Assembly (NCBI GenBank): GCA_000002445.1
Contig: CM000207.1
Coordinates: 960,001-1,024,000, forward strand
Length of the DNA: 64,000 bases
Source of the DNA: Trypanosoma brucei
Lineage: Eukaryota
Reading direction: 5' to 3'
The position numbers and the translations under genes are program-made. Numbering within the stretch: position 1 is the stretch's first letter; the number at the start of each line of letters is the position of its first letter. The notes under the pieces were generated by a model that was not told the DNA's origin, ran no database searches, and saw only the letters and a list, made by a program, of their open reading frames with translations. Positions 53,301 through 64,000 of this stretch are shown here, in pieces.

Positions 53301-54921
53301 ACAAGTTGATGCAGCACATGCTCAGTATCAGAAATTGCTGGCGGCACACCATGAGGAACGAAAGCAACACACTGTACTACTAGACAGAATGTGGCGTCTT
53401 GAGGAAGAGATGGTTGCCGCCAGGCGTCAGCGGGAGGAGGCACTAGAAAGTATGGCAACGATGATGAAACGTGAAGACTACGAGGCAACAGTTGCCGCAC
53501 TAGACAATGCAAACGCGACGGTGGAGATGTTGGAAGAACGTGTGAAGCAGCAGAGTGCAGTCCAAGGGCTCCAGCAACAAGAGCTGGAGCGCTGCAAGCA
53601 GGAACGCGAGGAGGATGTGCGTCGTCACGCCGAAGAAGCCGCACAGAGGGCTGCTCAGTTTGCCCACAAGGATGAAATCATAGCGCATTACGCGTCGCAG
53701 CAACAGCAGTTGGAGCAGCGCATCAGTGACTTGCAGACGGCAAACCACCAACTGGAGGCGCAGGTACAACAAGGACAATGCGTGATCAATGCGAAGGAAG
53801 AGGAGGTGACAGAGTTACAGAAAAAACTGTGCCGGGCAGAACTTGCGCTGCTAGAGCAGGAATGCACACAAGGGCTGCTTCTCACCATGTTTCCTGGTGA
53901 TGAATTCCTCGAAAAGAACAGTAACCTCATTCACGAGCAAAGACGTGAGAAGGAAGACTTGACGCAACAGGTGGCTTTGCTGAAGGTAGAGCTTGACACT
54001 GCCCGTCAAGACATGACGGAGCAGCGACTACAGCTACAGCAGGCAGTGCAGATGCGACAGGAGGCGGAACTGCTTCTTCAAGAGTTGGTTCTGGGACATA
54101 AAAGAACAGTTGAGGATCCTTTAGACGCGTCGAGCACACAAACCTCTTGTGCGGCCATGGCCTCTGAAACATACCGAGCGGAACTCGAGTCATTGCGGCG
54201 TGCTAATGCATTACTTTTAGTAGAAAAACAGGGGTGGGAAGAGCGGGAGGAACTCCTTCGAAGGCAACTCGACGCGTTGGGTCGTAACCCGGTCAGCGAA
54301 ACTGCCCGGCGCTACGGGTTGCAGGGAACACAGTCATTTGAGGAGCAACTTGAGCAAATGCAAGTGCGTTGTGCCGAGTTGCAACAAAAGCTTGAAGAAG
54401 CGGAGGCTCTTCGGATCACGCTGAAGGAACTGACGGAGGAAAAGGTCCATTTGGCCTCCCAACTGGATGAGTTACAAACCGTTCTCTCCGAGCAGCGAGA
54501 AACTAACAAAGCCCTCGAGAGGGAGATAAAGAAGGTCCATGAACGACTTGTGGAGAAGGAGGAGTCACACGATGCGGTGAAGATAACACTGGCAGAAAAG
54601 GAAGAAATGATCAACAACATCAGCGATGCGATTCGCTCACTGGAGGCTCAAATTAAGAATTTGGACAGGTCTGTGAGCGAAACGGAAAAGGAACGAGACA
54701 AGCTGCTGCAAGATAATGTGAAACTTATTGAAAGTGTGAAAGCGCTAACGGAGGCTGTGAAAAAGAAGGAGGCGGAGCGGAAGGCGGCTCAAGCGGCGTT
54801 GGCACAAGGACTGGCAAGTGCTTCTGCCTCGTCTCAACGACGAAGAGGTCGCACTTCCGGTGGGGCAGGTGGTCCCACTCCCGTTTCCATTACTGGCTCG
54901 CTTGGATTGAAGCCATCGTAG
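50359..54921 (+). CDS. Large coiled-coil protein, 1520 aa (structural, cytoskeletal or flagellar type)
   Basis: A 4.5-kb ORF. E/L/Q/R/K-rich heptad-like sequence over most of its length (e.g. 'LEEAEALRITLKELTEEKVHLASQLDELQTVLSEQRETNKALEREIKKVHERLVEKEE'). Confidence 0.7.
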   Translation: MIAAGNESAMPETAEERVVEAVRAFHSDLCSGLTARAIHESSSNATVALQQLTELHSRTVEDLNDQIDRLQKQLFEAVEVIEKLGAQFARNEDEKSTDDQRSFTVDVLSISHGLETEVEVGQQNTEHACERGREYRPSREELSSDAFATAKSGSSLRDTGVMDDETADPSLLRDLWRGRRTLQQQQQQTWLVDQIKDLTSLLEKVVKENAVYRRELKLLHATSVPLEEHKKLLEERDRLLHDCSSMRIELQRLHEEVEATFDSAHGAHRRQRDFVSSCATASSLSEYKGEGSFPLQMREPEGLVHSLTTPLEGGESNDPDAQFAGGCHSGFDDGALLHTGLWKTAMRELEQQAALAASQLSAAGRLRELDDRVAELTRELDELRASYKELAAEDKCVREDCEQLTFRNAVLSQQVASLLVRVERQCRSIHRLSRQHDEQKEEIETLSESEELTDRGRDVGKVRHRADRGRTAAAARALLERRSAVMGQSPLPSTPTAGRGTGCGVSHVLDVMLPQLEPLQVEGGLRSAVGVFARGPRRSVHLRNLGSPPVTLENTQPPRLPPCEELSGVALGRPSGYATVYPSQLKGQTGPSSVNSKGSFYSETSAASGLVVSEDEEENKRFVELLREDENLERFSINSVKDLLKRNQELLKQLYIMTQRADSVPKQNSSEVAAEEGEKSRSTSDTEAAVPLQRSNRKRRRESTSFSGEEVREQSGKLQRSCEEVGSPDQAVSDSYVQLERHVHEHIDAVLRSHEAQLTLTDKGLASSLIHVIELGREFNTSAGNKHFENWVDVTAKDNIITSLVRLCLQQGIRAADQAIALAAAQQSIDIPSMKDCWCEAQRVLKQSARELQSAASQLQRDNPAITVVEGISSASVSASEKEADEAQLLQSITQLLRTASLREHTVQRVLRLAARRMRATRRACDVSKSAPLQPCEDTQEQCDQPARDKTNETHDVPFGDTDDDWDSDSDGDDGPRQLRLQVDAAHAQYQKLLAAHHEERKQHTVLLDRMWRLEEEMVAARRQREEALESMATMMKREDYEATVAALDNANATVEMLEERVKQQSAVQGLQQQELERCKQEREEDVRRHAEEAAQRAAQFAHKDEIIAHYASQQQQLEQRISDLQTANHQLEAQVQQGQCVINAKEEEVTELQKKLCRAELALLEQECTQGLLLTMFPGDEFLEKNSNLIHEQRREKEDLTQQVALLKVELDTARQDMTEQRLQLQQAVQMRQEAELLLQELVLGHKRTVEDPLDASSTQTSCAAMASETYRAELESLRRANALLLVEKQGWEEREELLRRQLDALGRNPVSETARRYGLQGTQSFEEQLEQMQVRCAELQQKLEEAEALRITLKELTEEKVHLASQLDELQTVLSEQRETNKALEREIKKVHERLVEKEESHDAVKITLAEKEEMINNISDAIRSLEAQIKNLDRSVSETEKERDKLLQDNVKLIESVKALTEAVKKKEAERKAAQAALAQGLASASASSQRRRGRTSGGAGGPTPVSITGSLGLKPS

Positions 54922-55333
54922 TCGTGACGACGAGCACACACCCAAACATATATATATATATATTATCTATTATATGGAAGCGTTACTGAATAGTTGAGTA
55001 AATCCACCGCTAGAAGAAACATTGTATTCCATTTAGGCACGAAGTCACTGCCTCATACCCCCCCCTTCGTGCTTCGTAAGCACGCTAAGCGCAGATGGTA
55101 TTTGTAATCTTCAACTACCCTTATTTTCGACGATAGAAGTCCTCCTATGATCGCTAATTTCACCCTTTTTTTTTCATTGTCAGATAACATACACAAATAT
55201 TTCTTTTTTTTTTATTCAATTTAAGGGGCATCGGTGGGTCGACATCAATAGGGATCAAAGTTATTTTTTTCTAGTTTCAGTGAGTGTAAAAGTTGAAGGC
55301 AGGGAAAAAGAAGGAAGACTGCAAGAAGAAACC

Positions 55334-56038
55334 ATGACACTGGAGGGCGGCATCAGCGACTGGGAGGTCATCGATGAGTCGGAAGAATCATTCGATGAAA
55401 CTGCGGGTAAACAAACAAATGACCGTTGCGCAAATGTTGTTGTTGTTGGATATGGCAACAATGATTGTGACGACGATGAAAACACTGGCAAGCTTTTGTC
55501 GTCGACGGATTCCTTTAGTTTAGCAGGCACTCCTCGTGAGCGCAGTAATCTAAAAGATGAGGAGGAAACCCGGCGGCAGAGAAATGCTGTAAGGATGGCG
55601 GACCTGAACACGAACGCCACCACTGAAGTGGATAACGAAACACATGATGAATTAGCTGAAATAAAAGAGCTTTGTGCGGTGCAGCAGGAACAACTGAAGC
55701 GGCAGGCTGAGGAAATACGTGAACTGAAGGAACGCCTCAATGAGAGGGCAATGCATTCAGAAGAGCGCACTAGAATTATTGAGGCGCAGAGTAAGAGGAT
55801 CGGTTGTCTTCTTAGGGTGGTAGAGCGACTAAAAAGCCGAGAGTCCAGTAAAGTTTTCTACCAAGATGAGGAAAATGCTGAATTGCAAATGGGGCTCGAG
55901 CATTTGAAGGTTGGCACGAATAATTCTCACCACCATGCACCAATGTTTAATACAGCCCCGCCACAGCGAAGGGCTTTGATATTCGAATGTCGCAAGCAGC
56001 CGAGCGATTGGGAAACGCCGATTGGCGAAGGGGCCTAA
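55334..56038 (+). CDS. Hypothetical acidic/coiled-coil protein, about 234 aa
   Basis: The track start 55280 is a GTG; the first ATG is 55334 (MTLEGGISDWEVIDE...). Central coiled-coil segment 'LAEIKELCAVQQEQLKRQAEEIRELKERLNERA'. Confidence 0.45.
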   Translation: MTLEGGISDWEVIDESEESFDETAGKQTNDRCANVVVVGYGNNDCDDDENTGKLLSSTDSFSLAGTPRERSNLKDEEETRRQRNAVRMADLNTNATTEVDNETHDELAEIKELCAVQQEQLKRQAEEIRELKERLNERAMHSEERTRIIEAQSKRIGCLLRVVERLKSRESSKVFYQDEENAELQMGLEHLKVGTNNSHHHAPMFNTAPPQRRALIFECRKQPSDWETPIGEGA

Positions 56039-56929
56039 GGAGCCAAACAAATTGATAAAGTGCGAGTGTTTCGTTCCAGCACGAAAAATGGGTTCCGGAA
56101 GGGGAGCTTCAGAGGAGCGTAAAGTGTTTTCCCATTTCCCATGTGTATGTACGAAATCAATTATAAGTTGTGTGGGAAAACTGTAGTAGAAGAGGAAAAC
56201 GAGAAGATTTGGAGGAAAGTTTCGTTAAGCCAAAACAAGAAAGAGGTGGAAAAAGAAAACAGTAATTTTTAAATCTCTTTATTTCATTATTGAAAGGATT
56301 TCTGCCTTTTAATTTCCCTCTGTCCTTTCTTTTTTCCTTTGGTTCTTGCTTTACCGTATGAACAAACTCCACAAACAGGAAGTAGAGGTGAAAAAGAGGA
56401 AAGTATTGTAGTAATAATAGCACAACGAAACAAAATAAGAAGCAGAAAACTTTCTTCGAAGGCGAATGTAAGGGGAAGAAGCAAAAATACCGTAAAAGAA
56501 AAATAGCGACCGATGATAGAAAGGGGGGAGGAACAGGGCACAAAGCACATGGTTTTGACTTGGTGAAGCGAAGTGAAACTTGACGGTTTGGTGAACGTTC
56601 TCGTTTTCATTTTCCGCGTGCATGCGTTTGGGTGTGCTTGCATTTTGATTCGTTTTTTTCTTTTTTTTTGTACAAATAAACTATACATATGCGAAGGTAC
56701 GCATGTCCTCCGTGAGTTCGGCTGCGGTCAAGAGTGCGTTGAAGGGTCGATGGTGTGTCAAACGTTCCCCCTGGATCGTTTATTAACGTTTTGTTGTCAC
56801 TAAATTTACCATACTTTTTTCTTCCTCCTTTCCTAATGTTAAGAGGTTTGATCACCACCTATTTTTTTTTCTACTTCACATATATATGTATATCGGTGTG
56901 TGTTAGCTAATATATGGGTATTTGCTTGC

Positions 56930-56985
56930 TTTATTATTATTATCATCATCATTATATATAGATATATAGATATATAGATATATAT
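56930..56985. repeat. Compound AT-rich microsatellite: (ATT/ATC)n followed by (TATAGATA)n
   Basis: ttattattattatcatcatcattatatatagatatatagatatatagatatatat. Confidence 0.85.
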
Positions 56986-57959
56986 TCTAGTTAACTGTGG
57001 AGTGGTGCGGTCCACGCGCACACAGAAATGCCACTCACTTTGCTCCTTCATCCTTTTTTTTGTTTAATTAACTGCCACGACACTCACCAGAATTTTATGT
57101 TTCCACATCTTGTTTACTTGTTGTTTTTTATGATTTTGGAGTTCGTTGATTCCTCCACTGTAACTTATCACCGCGGCACCACTGCCCGACATATAACCGT
57201 TGAGCGAAGGGAGGAGGAAAATAGGAACGAAAAAGTACATCTCATGGCTTACTTATGCGCCTTATTACATATTGGTGTTTATGACTCATTGGGCTTCGTT
57301 CCTCATTCCTTTCTCTTCTCTTTTTTCTCTCTTCTAGTTTTAAGTGTAGTTTTTTTTTTGTCATTTATGTCTCGTTCTGTTTCTTCTTTTCCTTCACGCA
57401 ACTTCTCACGACTCCTGAGTGAGGTGTGATGCTTGTCATTTATTTAAATAAACTTCTTGTGGCAGAAAATGGGATGATGTGAGTGGCCTTTTTACTCCGG
57501 CTGCTTTGAAGAGGGTCACTTAAGTTGGCTCGGATGCAACGAAAGAAGAAAATTCTGAGGAGAAGTGACGCCGTGATGGCGACATGTGTTAGGAATATGG
57601 TGTTGTTGTTTGCGCCTTTTCATTTGACGAACATTAAGTTTAATTTTATTCTTGGGAGATGGGGGTGGGGGGTGGATTTCGATTGCGTGCAGCTGTAGGG
57701 ACCTCAGGTCCTGAGTGTATTTTGCCAGTCCTGACTAATATAATATTCGCACAATTAAGCATACGTATTATGTATATCTCAGCTGCTGTAGTCGTCCTGC
57801 TATTACTTTTGCTTTGCGTTTTGTTTCCATCTCACATATAAAATACAATTACCATCGTTGTCAAAATTGGAACGCACTACACGACTCATTGAGAACCTTT
57901 GTCGTAGCTGCCGCGGTCAATCGTGCTGCAGTAACTGTTTTTTTTTTTCTACCCCTGAC

Positions 57960-59960
57960 ATGTCAGTGAGCGGTGTGTTCAGCAAAGGCCGTGGCATTGG
58001 TCACGAGGCGGCCACCTCCATCCTTCGTTATATTCCACGTGCACGTGTACCATGGCAGCCAAGTCGCTTTGGGCGTGAGAATCTCACAGCCGCGGATATG
58101 GCGCGACTCTGGAGTCGGGGCCGATACCGTGACGGGCCTGGCAATTACAACAGCGGATACTGCACAGAGCGCACGCATGTGCTCGAAGAAAACACTGTCT
58201 CAATCATACCGAGGCGGGAATTGGAAAAATATATGCCGGACATTACAATCGGCCCGAAGGCATTAGTTACACCAGTTTCATTGATGAATGCACGGAACGG
58301 TCATCGCGTGACGCACGACCTGTTGCATTCATACGACCCACACATTGGTCGACTTGGTAAACCGGCTGTTGTTGATCATGACAACATTACCGTGGAGGAC
58401 CCCAACCGTGTTGGCCTTAATGCAGCGACACTTGACTGTAGGGGGCGTATTTATCGGTGGCTGCGCCGCGGCCCCTTCTTTCAGGTGGACAATTACTTCC
58501 GTCGGTCGGTGAAACTTAATCGAGACGGGACGCTTCCAACCGATTTTGTGCATGAGGCGCCGTTGATGCGCAAGATTATTCGGCTTGCACACCGTGGGCA
58601 TTTAAAGGCAGCGTGTGAAGAGTACCGTCGTGTAACGACAGTTCCACCCGTGGAGGTTTACCGTGCGCTAACGGCCTGCTGTGTACCGGGTGCCAAACTT
58701 GCAGATGCGGTGTCCATATTTGAGGATGGTAACTCGAAACTATTCTATGTGTCGCGAGATGGGGAGGTACTCCACAACCTCATGCGATGCGCCATTGCGG
58801 CACGGCATCGCGCGCGTATAATGTGGGTGTACAATGTAATGCGTGGTCGATTCTACGAAAACGTTGTTGTGCGCGCAGAAGTGGATCTCATATGGCGTTA
58901 CCGCATTGCAATGATCGCGCTTGAATACCTGCTCGACCACGAATGCGCTGAGGAGGCGGCCGCTATTTACAGCTATCTTGTTGAAGAAGAACTGTTGCGC
59001 TGCGATGTGCACGTCCGAGTCGGTCTCCACATGCGCGAGGCAATTGCAGCGGGGAAGCCAATAACGTTGAATGACGACGTAATGAATGCTACATCGCTTG
59101 TCAGGGATGCGACGGCCGTCGCACCTGAGGTGGCCCGTGAGCTGCAACGCCGCCACGCACAGACGCTTCAAAATAGCGCTGTTGAAGCCGTGGGCGCGGA
59201 AAATGTGAGAGAGGGATCCGCCCCTTGGTCTATTCTTGGTCCCCTCACGGCTATTGGACCAACAGCGGAGGATACCATGGTTTGGTTACAGCAACACTAC
59301 GGTGATGTCGATGTTATGAGTATTATGCGGTGGGCCCGTTTTAGGAAAGGGAAGGATTTGATGGCGAAGGACCGTCCACAGTATCTTGCGCGCGCCGCCG
59401 CATGGATTGAGCTCCTCAGCAAACGTAACCGTGAGATGGAAGAGGTGCCTTTGACCTACATGCGCAAATCTAAACCACTGGTGCTGGGCACGAACTCTAA
59501 CGTGCGGGTGGCCTGGCAAACACCGTTGATGAGAAGCGGTGGGCCACCAAGGCTGCTCGCCAGGGAGGAAGGCTACGTGTTTCACCACAGCAATAGTTCT
59601 CGCTTTGTAGAGGAAACCTACCGCCACCCGGGCGAATCGTTGCAGTCACGTTACCTGGCTCTTCAACCTCTGCACACGGAGGTATCTGTAAAAGAGGACT
59701 TTCAACGGCTCTATTACCAAGCGCAGAAGCATCACAAACAACAGGAACGTTTACTTCCTGTATCAACAGCAGCGATCCCGTCTCGTATCGTACACCATTC
59801 GGTGATGAGCGCTCTGCACGGTGTAAGTGGGAAAGGTGAGCCAGCAAACCGCAGCTTGTTCACTGGTAATAGGAGTAATGACAGTCATTCCAACACTGGC
59901 GTCGCTAGTGGTACCAGCGCCTGCACCGACGGTGCGGGAAGCGCGACTCCGGAGTTTTAG
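57960..59960 (+). CDS. Hypothetical protein, about 666 aa, possibly alpha-helical repeat (PPR/TPR-like)
   Basis: The track start 57858 is a TTG; the first ATG is 57960 (MSVSGVFSKGRG...). A helical-repeat-like region (IMWVYNVMRGRFYENVVVRAEVDLIWRYRIAMIALEYLLDHECAEEAAAIYSYLVEEE) is unverified. Confidence 0.5.
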   Translation: MSVSGVFSKGRGIGHEAATSILRYIPRARVPWQPSRFGRENLTAADMARLWSRGRYRDGPGNYNSGYCTERTHVLEENTVSIIPRRELEKYMPDITIGPKALVTPVSLMNARNGHRVTHDLLHSYDPHIGRLGKPAVVDHDNITVEDPNRVGLNAATLDCRGRIYRWLRRGPFFQVDNYFRRSVKLNRDGTLPTDFVHEAPLMRKIIRLAHRGHLKAACEEYRRVTTVPPVEVYRALTACCVPGAKLADAVSIFEDGNSKLFYVSRDGEVLHNLMRCAIAARHRARIMWVYNVMRGRFYENVVVRAEVDLIWRYRIAMIALEYLLDHECAEEAAAIYSYLVEEELLRCDVHVRVGLHMREAIAAGKPITLNDDVMNATSLVRDATAVAPEVARELQRRHAQTLQNSAVEAVGAENVREGSAPWSILGPLTAIGPTAEDTMVWLQQHYGDVDVMSIMRWARFRKGKDLMAKDRPQYLARAAAWIELLSKRNREMEEVPLTYMRKSKPLVLGTNSNVRVAWQTPLMRSGGPPRLLAREEGYVFHHSNSSRFVEETYRHPGESLQSRYLALQPLHTEVSVKEDFQRLYYQAQKHHKQQERLLPVSTAAIPSRIVHHSVMSALHGVSGKGEPANRSLFTGNRSNDSHSNTGVASGTSACTDGAGSATPEF

Positions 59961-61909
59961 GTCAGGTGTATTTGGAGTGACGCATATTCGTGCAAGTGTA
60001 ATTCACATATATGTAAACGTTGGAGGTTTTAATATATAGGGAAGGGAAACTATTTTCCTACACTCTGAGAGTGTAAGATTACGAAGGAGAAGGAAGTTAC
60101 CTGGATATCTTGCGCTGGTTTTGTTCCTCCGTGTGCCACGTGATGTGGGACGGACTCTCGGGAATTGGAGCGATCGCATGTGATAAGGACAACTATCGGA
60201 GTGAGAGACTAAACCATTTCGTCCTGTTCCAGCCCCAAATTTGTTGGCGTGTGCGGGGCACTTTACTTACCGAATTTAATAACTGTGCCACATGCCCGGA
60301 GAATCGTGTGCGCGAAGGTATGCCAGCTATATTCTTCATTTTTCCTTTCCTGTTTTCACTGCATTTCTCCCCGCTACTCACATGGTGTATGTACTAGGTG
60401 TGAACTGTTGAATAACTCAGCTGCTTTTTGTTTTTGGAAAGATGCTGAATCGGCACGGTACCCGACTGGATATTGGAACCCCAGAGGATGTGGCTGAGTT
60501 GGATGCTGCAGAGGCGCTCCGGCGGCAGTACGATGGTGCCCCATACCCCAATTGCCCTGGTGGTAGTTCCGTTCCCCTACAGGAAAGAGATGCGAGTTGC
60601 TTTGAGCGACATTGTTATCCTCAGTATTATTCTCATCACCCTCAACAACAGCAACAGCCGCCATCGCAGCAATGAGGGCGGAGGCGAACGCATTTATTGC
60701 AAAACTAATCTCTGCACTGGGAGGAGTGTGTAATTAGAGCGCCGGGAAGTCAATTCCTCACCTCTATAATGAGTGCGGTGGGACCATACAAACTCAAAGG
60801 GGCGAGGCGCCGATTTCCCGATACTTATGGAGAAAGTGGCTGGAGGATGGAGTTGTCAAGTATTTATTGATCTTACGGTTTGTAACCTGAGGTTAATGTG
60901 TGTGGCGGGCAGTGCCGCACGTTCCCCTACTCGTTCTGCATGACGGGTTGTCACCATCAATGGTCTCAATTTGCCCCTCCAGTTGCTTGTATACCCGTAG
61001 GATATAGGGAAGAAAAAATATATCCATCAACCGCTAGATGTGGAAATATCGCAATAGACTTGCCGCATCCGACCAGGCTGATTTCCACAGTCTGATCCCG
61101 TATGGGTGTCGTCCCTGCATGGTATCCCCGTGAGGTTTACTCTCTTCGATACAACACTTCCTCCCCTACCCCCCCCCCTTGTCCTTCCTCTCACTCATTG
61201 GCAGTCAATGATTTACTTCCTTCCTCGATCTGATTTCCTTCGTGGGGTTCACAACGCAGCGAAAGAAACAGCCAGTATATACGTATTTGCCATGAGCTCC
61301 ATTCTTACCGCGTGTATCTGAAAATGTGACTGCAATCAGTTCTTGACTCGTTTGCTCCGTTTCCCCCTCCCTCCCCCCCCCCACAGTTGTTGGGGAAATC
61401 CTCCTGTACGTTGCGTTCGTGAAACGAAGTCGGAAAGGTTCTCATCCCTTCACTAGAGCCTTCGACGCTCGGAACTTGTTCCACACCGTGAGTTCTGAAG
61501 GTGTGACACAGGGGAAAGATATCTCTGGAGATAATTAATCCTGACTTGCTGTAGTAACCTTGGTTTCATTGTCTAATGTGGGTTGGTGTTTGCCAGATCA
61601 GCCGTGAAGTGTATGTCCTTTTCTTCCTTATCGGTTGTGAGATCAGCTATTGAGGGTGCTCAAGTCAGCTTACTCGGGAGAAGGCGTGCGCTTCGCTGCA
61701 TATTACTGTGGGGTGGATGATGGTTCCTGTCGGCCGGCTACTTCTCTCTTCCCTTCTGTTTCATCGCTCCAAGAGAATTTCGACAGTAAGGGACTTTAGT
61801 GTCACGGGGAACGGGAGACTGGGAATAAAAGAGAAAAAAGAGAAGGGTCTGGGTCTCAAAAGCAGTGACACACTCGAACTTGTGGTGAGGCCACACGACC
61901 ACCCAGTCA

Positions 61910-64000
61910 ATGGGGAACGCACAGGACATTCCTAATTCATTCCGCCGTACCGTGGTTTCCCTGCATTACAGGGAAAGTCCTTTTTCTGGGGATGACGATG
62001 AAGTATCGCAACTTTGCCGAACGATATTCTGCACGCGTTTAACCGCTGACGAGTTTGCTTGTTATTGGACTGCGGAAGATGTCAGGCAGCTACGGCTCTA
62101 CCACCCGAATCGACTCGCCACCATTTTATTATTGGCTATGAGGCAGTTGGAGGACTTTGTTGCAATCAGCAGAGACCCAAATGAAAAGTGGGGTAACGAC
62201 AATCCTCTTCAGCACCCGGTGCGTAAGAGTACCTTTAGTGGCAGCGGTGCAACATCTGGAATAACGGAGGAATCCCCGCGACGGAGCGCGAAACGCAGGC
62301 CGCCAGTAGACTTCACCGCTGCAATCAACGCCCTTCGGCTCATTGCGGGGTCGCTGCCGTATTGTTTTGAAGATATCGACCTCTTGAGGGCAGTGGTGCA
62401 AAGTGACGAGGAAGAGGCATCCAAGGACGAGCTCAACGTCATCATTACCTCGCAGCGCACGCGTGAACTTATGGGAATGGACGACCGAACGGAGAGTCCA
62501 CTTGCCGCGGGTTTTGCCCACCACTTCTTTGTCCAAGGTGGTAAGTGCTTCATGAACAACGAGCCAGGAGCACACCGATGTTTCTACGCTGATTTATTAG
62601 ATGAAGAGAAACCTAACCCACCCACCACGCCGCTCGGTTTCCGTCTTGTCGAGCTACTGGTGAAACTTTTCTTCGTGCCCAAATTCTCACAAATGGAACC
62701 GATGAAAATGGCGCCGTCAATGATGGAGGAACTGCGGGGGAGCTTAGCTTATGACCTGAAATTGCTATCTCTGACGAGAGCGTTGGTGCCTCAAAACTTC
62801 GGTAGTACCGAGGATATTAACGAAGACGATGAGTGCTGGATGTTTTCCTTTGAGGGTACTTATGTCAAGGAAGCACGTAGCTTAGTGCTTCGCGCAATTC
62901 TACTGACCATCTCCGTACCCATATTTTACACGCCGTCATGCCTGAGCGACGCGCAAAGCAGGGAGCCCCAAGGGAATGAAGGCAGCTGCTCCCATGAGTC
63001 GTCAGGGGTGATGTATGAGGAAGTGAGTGATGTGATGCTTAGTGGGCTCTTCGACGTAAACGAGCGACCCTTGTTGGTGAAGTTTTTCGTACTCCTCCTG
63101 CATGTTGTGCGGTGCTGCCCGAAATGGCCTGTCACGGTTCCTTCTCTCCGTGGAATGTGGGCGGCGAGACCAACTCTCACAGCAGACAACGTTGACGTGC
63201 TCAGTCATTCACTTGCAATACTCGCCGCTGGTTTTTACACCGGTCCATACGTTGCTTCCCAGCGGTACGTCCATCGGGGAGAAAAGCCCGTGCGCGTGCC
63301 GAGCGTTCTGTATGGAATCATGCATCAAGTGATTGGTTCGAATTTCGTTCCGTGGAAGATCTTACAGGGCACGGGACTGGAGGGAATTCCTGCTTCACCT
63401 GTTGTTGCTGATCCATATGAGGTGGGATCGTCTGGAATGGGATGTAGCAGTGCCACGAAAGAGCCGCATGATTGTGACGGTCTACCAGATTATGCAAGGA
63501 GCTTTGCCGATGGCGTGCTGGCTCTACTGGAGGCACCTTTGATAGCAGGCAGTTCAAGCATTCCGAAACCAGAGGCACCGTGCTCATCGTTGGGTCTGCA
63601 TCTAATGTTGTGGCTGTTGCAGCACAGCGAAGCAGCCATTAACGCTGTTGGACGCAAACCACGATTATTGTTGGTTCTCGTACAGACTATTCATGTCGTC
63701 GGCACCCAATACCCGAGTTATCTTGGCGAAGGTCAAATCGCATTACTTTGCTTTCTTCGACTACTCCGGCACCAACCGTTTCTACGACTTCTATTGGAGC
63801 ACCTCCCCACGGATGGAGACGCAGACCTCACACGTGAGGGAAAGGTGAACGCCACACAATTTTTGCGTGAGCTCCGAGTCGCAATGCCAACTTTACCGAA
63901 TAAACTTGTTATCACGTCCAATATGAGCCCAGACAAGAGACGACAAATCGAGTGGCAGTCAGACGAGGTGCTTTGCATCCGTACATACTGTGATGTTCTT
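61910..64000 (+). CDS. Hypothetical protein, 5' part only; the ORF runs off the window end after 697 codons
   Basis: Hand translation: stop at 61886-61888, first ATG at 61910 (MGNAQDIPNSF...), then no stop to nt 64000. It is not in the track because it lacks a stop. The many short minus-strand ORFs over 62.1-64.0 kb are its shadows. Confidence 0.55.
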   Translation, partial: MGNAQDIPNSFRRTVVSLHYRESPFSGDDDEVSQLCRTIFCTRLTADEFACYWTAEDVRQLRLYHPNRLATILLLAMRQLEDFVAISRDPNEKWGNDNPLQHPVRKSTFSGSGATSGITEESPRRSAKRRPPVDFTAAINALRLIAGSLPYCFEDIDLLRAVVQSDEEEASKDELNVIITSQRTRELMGMDDRTESPLAAGFAHHFFVQGGKCFMNNEPGAHRCFYADLLDEEKPNPPTTPLGFRLVELLVKLFFVPKFSQMEPMKMAPSMMEELRGSLAYDLKLLSLTRALVPQNFGSTEDINEDDECWMFSFEGTYVKEARSLVLRAILLTISVPIFYTPSCLSDAQSREPQGNEGSCSHESSGVMYEEVSDVMLSGLFDVNERPLLVKFFVLLLHVVRCCPKWPVTVPSLRGMWAARPTLTADNVDVLSHSLAILAAGFYTGPYVASQRYVHRGEKPVRVPSVLYGIMHQVIGSNFVPWKILQGTGLEGIPASPVVADPYEVGSSGMGCSSATKEPHDCDGLPDYARSFADGVLALLEAPLIAGSSSIPKPEAPCSSLGLHLMLWLLQHSEAAINAVGRKPRLLLVLVQTIHVVGTQYPSYLGEGQIALLCFLRLLRHQPFLRLLLEHLPTDGDADLTREGKVNATQFLRELRVAMPTLPNKLVITSNMSPDKRRQIEWQSDEVLCIRTYCDVL

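Noticed and set aside
60442-60733. Short + ORFs (77 and 86 aa) ending in Gln/Pro-rich sequence
   Set aside because: They are short and overlap each other in different frames within a spacer, with no motif. Likely UTR sequence of the flanking genes.
1-64000. Expectation of a prokaryotic defence/accessory island (CRISPR, toxin-antitoxin, restriction-modification, phage genes)
   Set aside because: Sequence features (unidirectional gene array with long CT-rich spacers, arginine kinase, PP2A-A, SAP18, GDI/REP, ABCG) are eukaryotic and kinetoplastid. No repeats-spacer arrays or prokaryotic operon structure is present.

Overview
This window is a eukaryotic nuclear segment with the hallmarks of a kinetoplastid (Trypanosoma brucei-like) chromosome. 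It is not a bacterial, archaeal or phage locus. About 27 protein-coding genes all lie on the + strand, densely packed as one unidirectional polycistronic unit. They are separated by 0.4-1.7 kb pyrimidine-rich intergenic regions with CT tracts upstream of each start, consistent with trans-splicing and polyadenylation signals. No introns, rRNA, tRNA, CRISPR array or recognisable transposon is visible, and every long minus-strand ORF is antisense shadow.

Recognisable genes:
- Two tandem copies of a NIF/FCP1-like HAD phosphatase; the first copy is cut by the window edge.
- An EF-hand, calmodulin-like protein.
- A PP2A scaffold-A (PR65)-like HEAT-repeat protein.
- A large NHL-repeat-like protein.
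- Three tandem arginine kinase genes with a conserved core and isoform-specific ends: an N-terminal MGFGSS extension, a C-terminal -SNL PTS1, and one plain copy.
- An ABCG-type half transporter.
- A SAP18-like protein.
- An inositol-monophosphatase-family protein.
- A tandem array of three near-identical 12-TM, MFS-like transporter genes plus a 5'-truncated relic; the copies differ in a patchwork of short segments.
- A single 973-aa ORF fusing a Methyltransf_16-type (putative protein-lysine) methyltransferase domain to a Rab GDI/REP-family domain.
- A 1520-aa coiled-coil protein.
- Several lineage-specific hypothetical proteins.

The supplied ORF track uses GTG/TTG alternative starts, so several listed N-termini are artefactual. 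Starts below are moved to the first in-frame ATG.

The most unusual items are the methyltransferase-REP/GDI fusion, the mosaic transporter array and the three differentially targeted arginine kinases. No prokaryote-style defence or other novel system is supported by the sequence.
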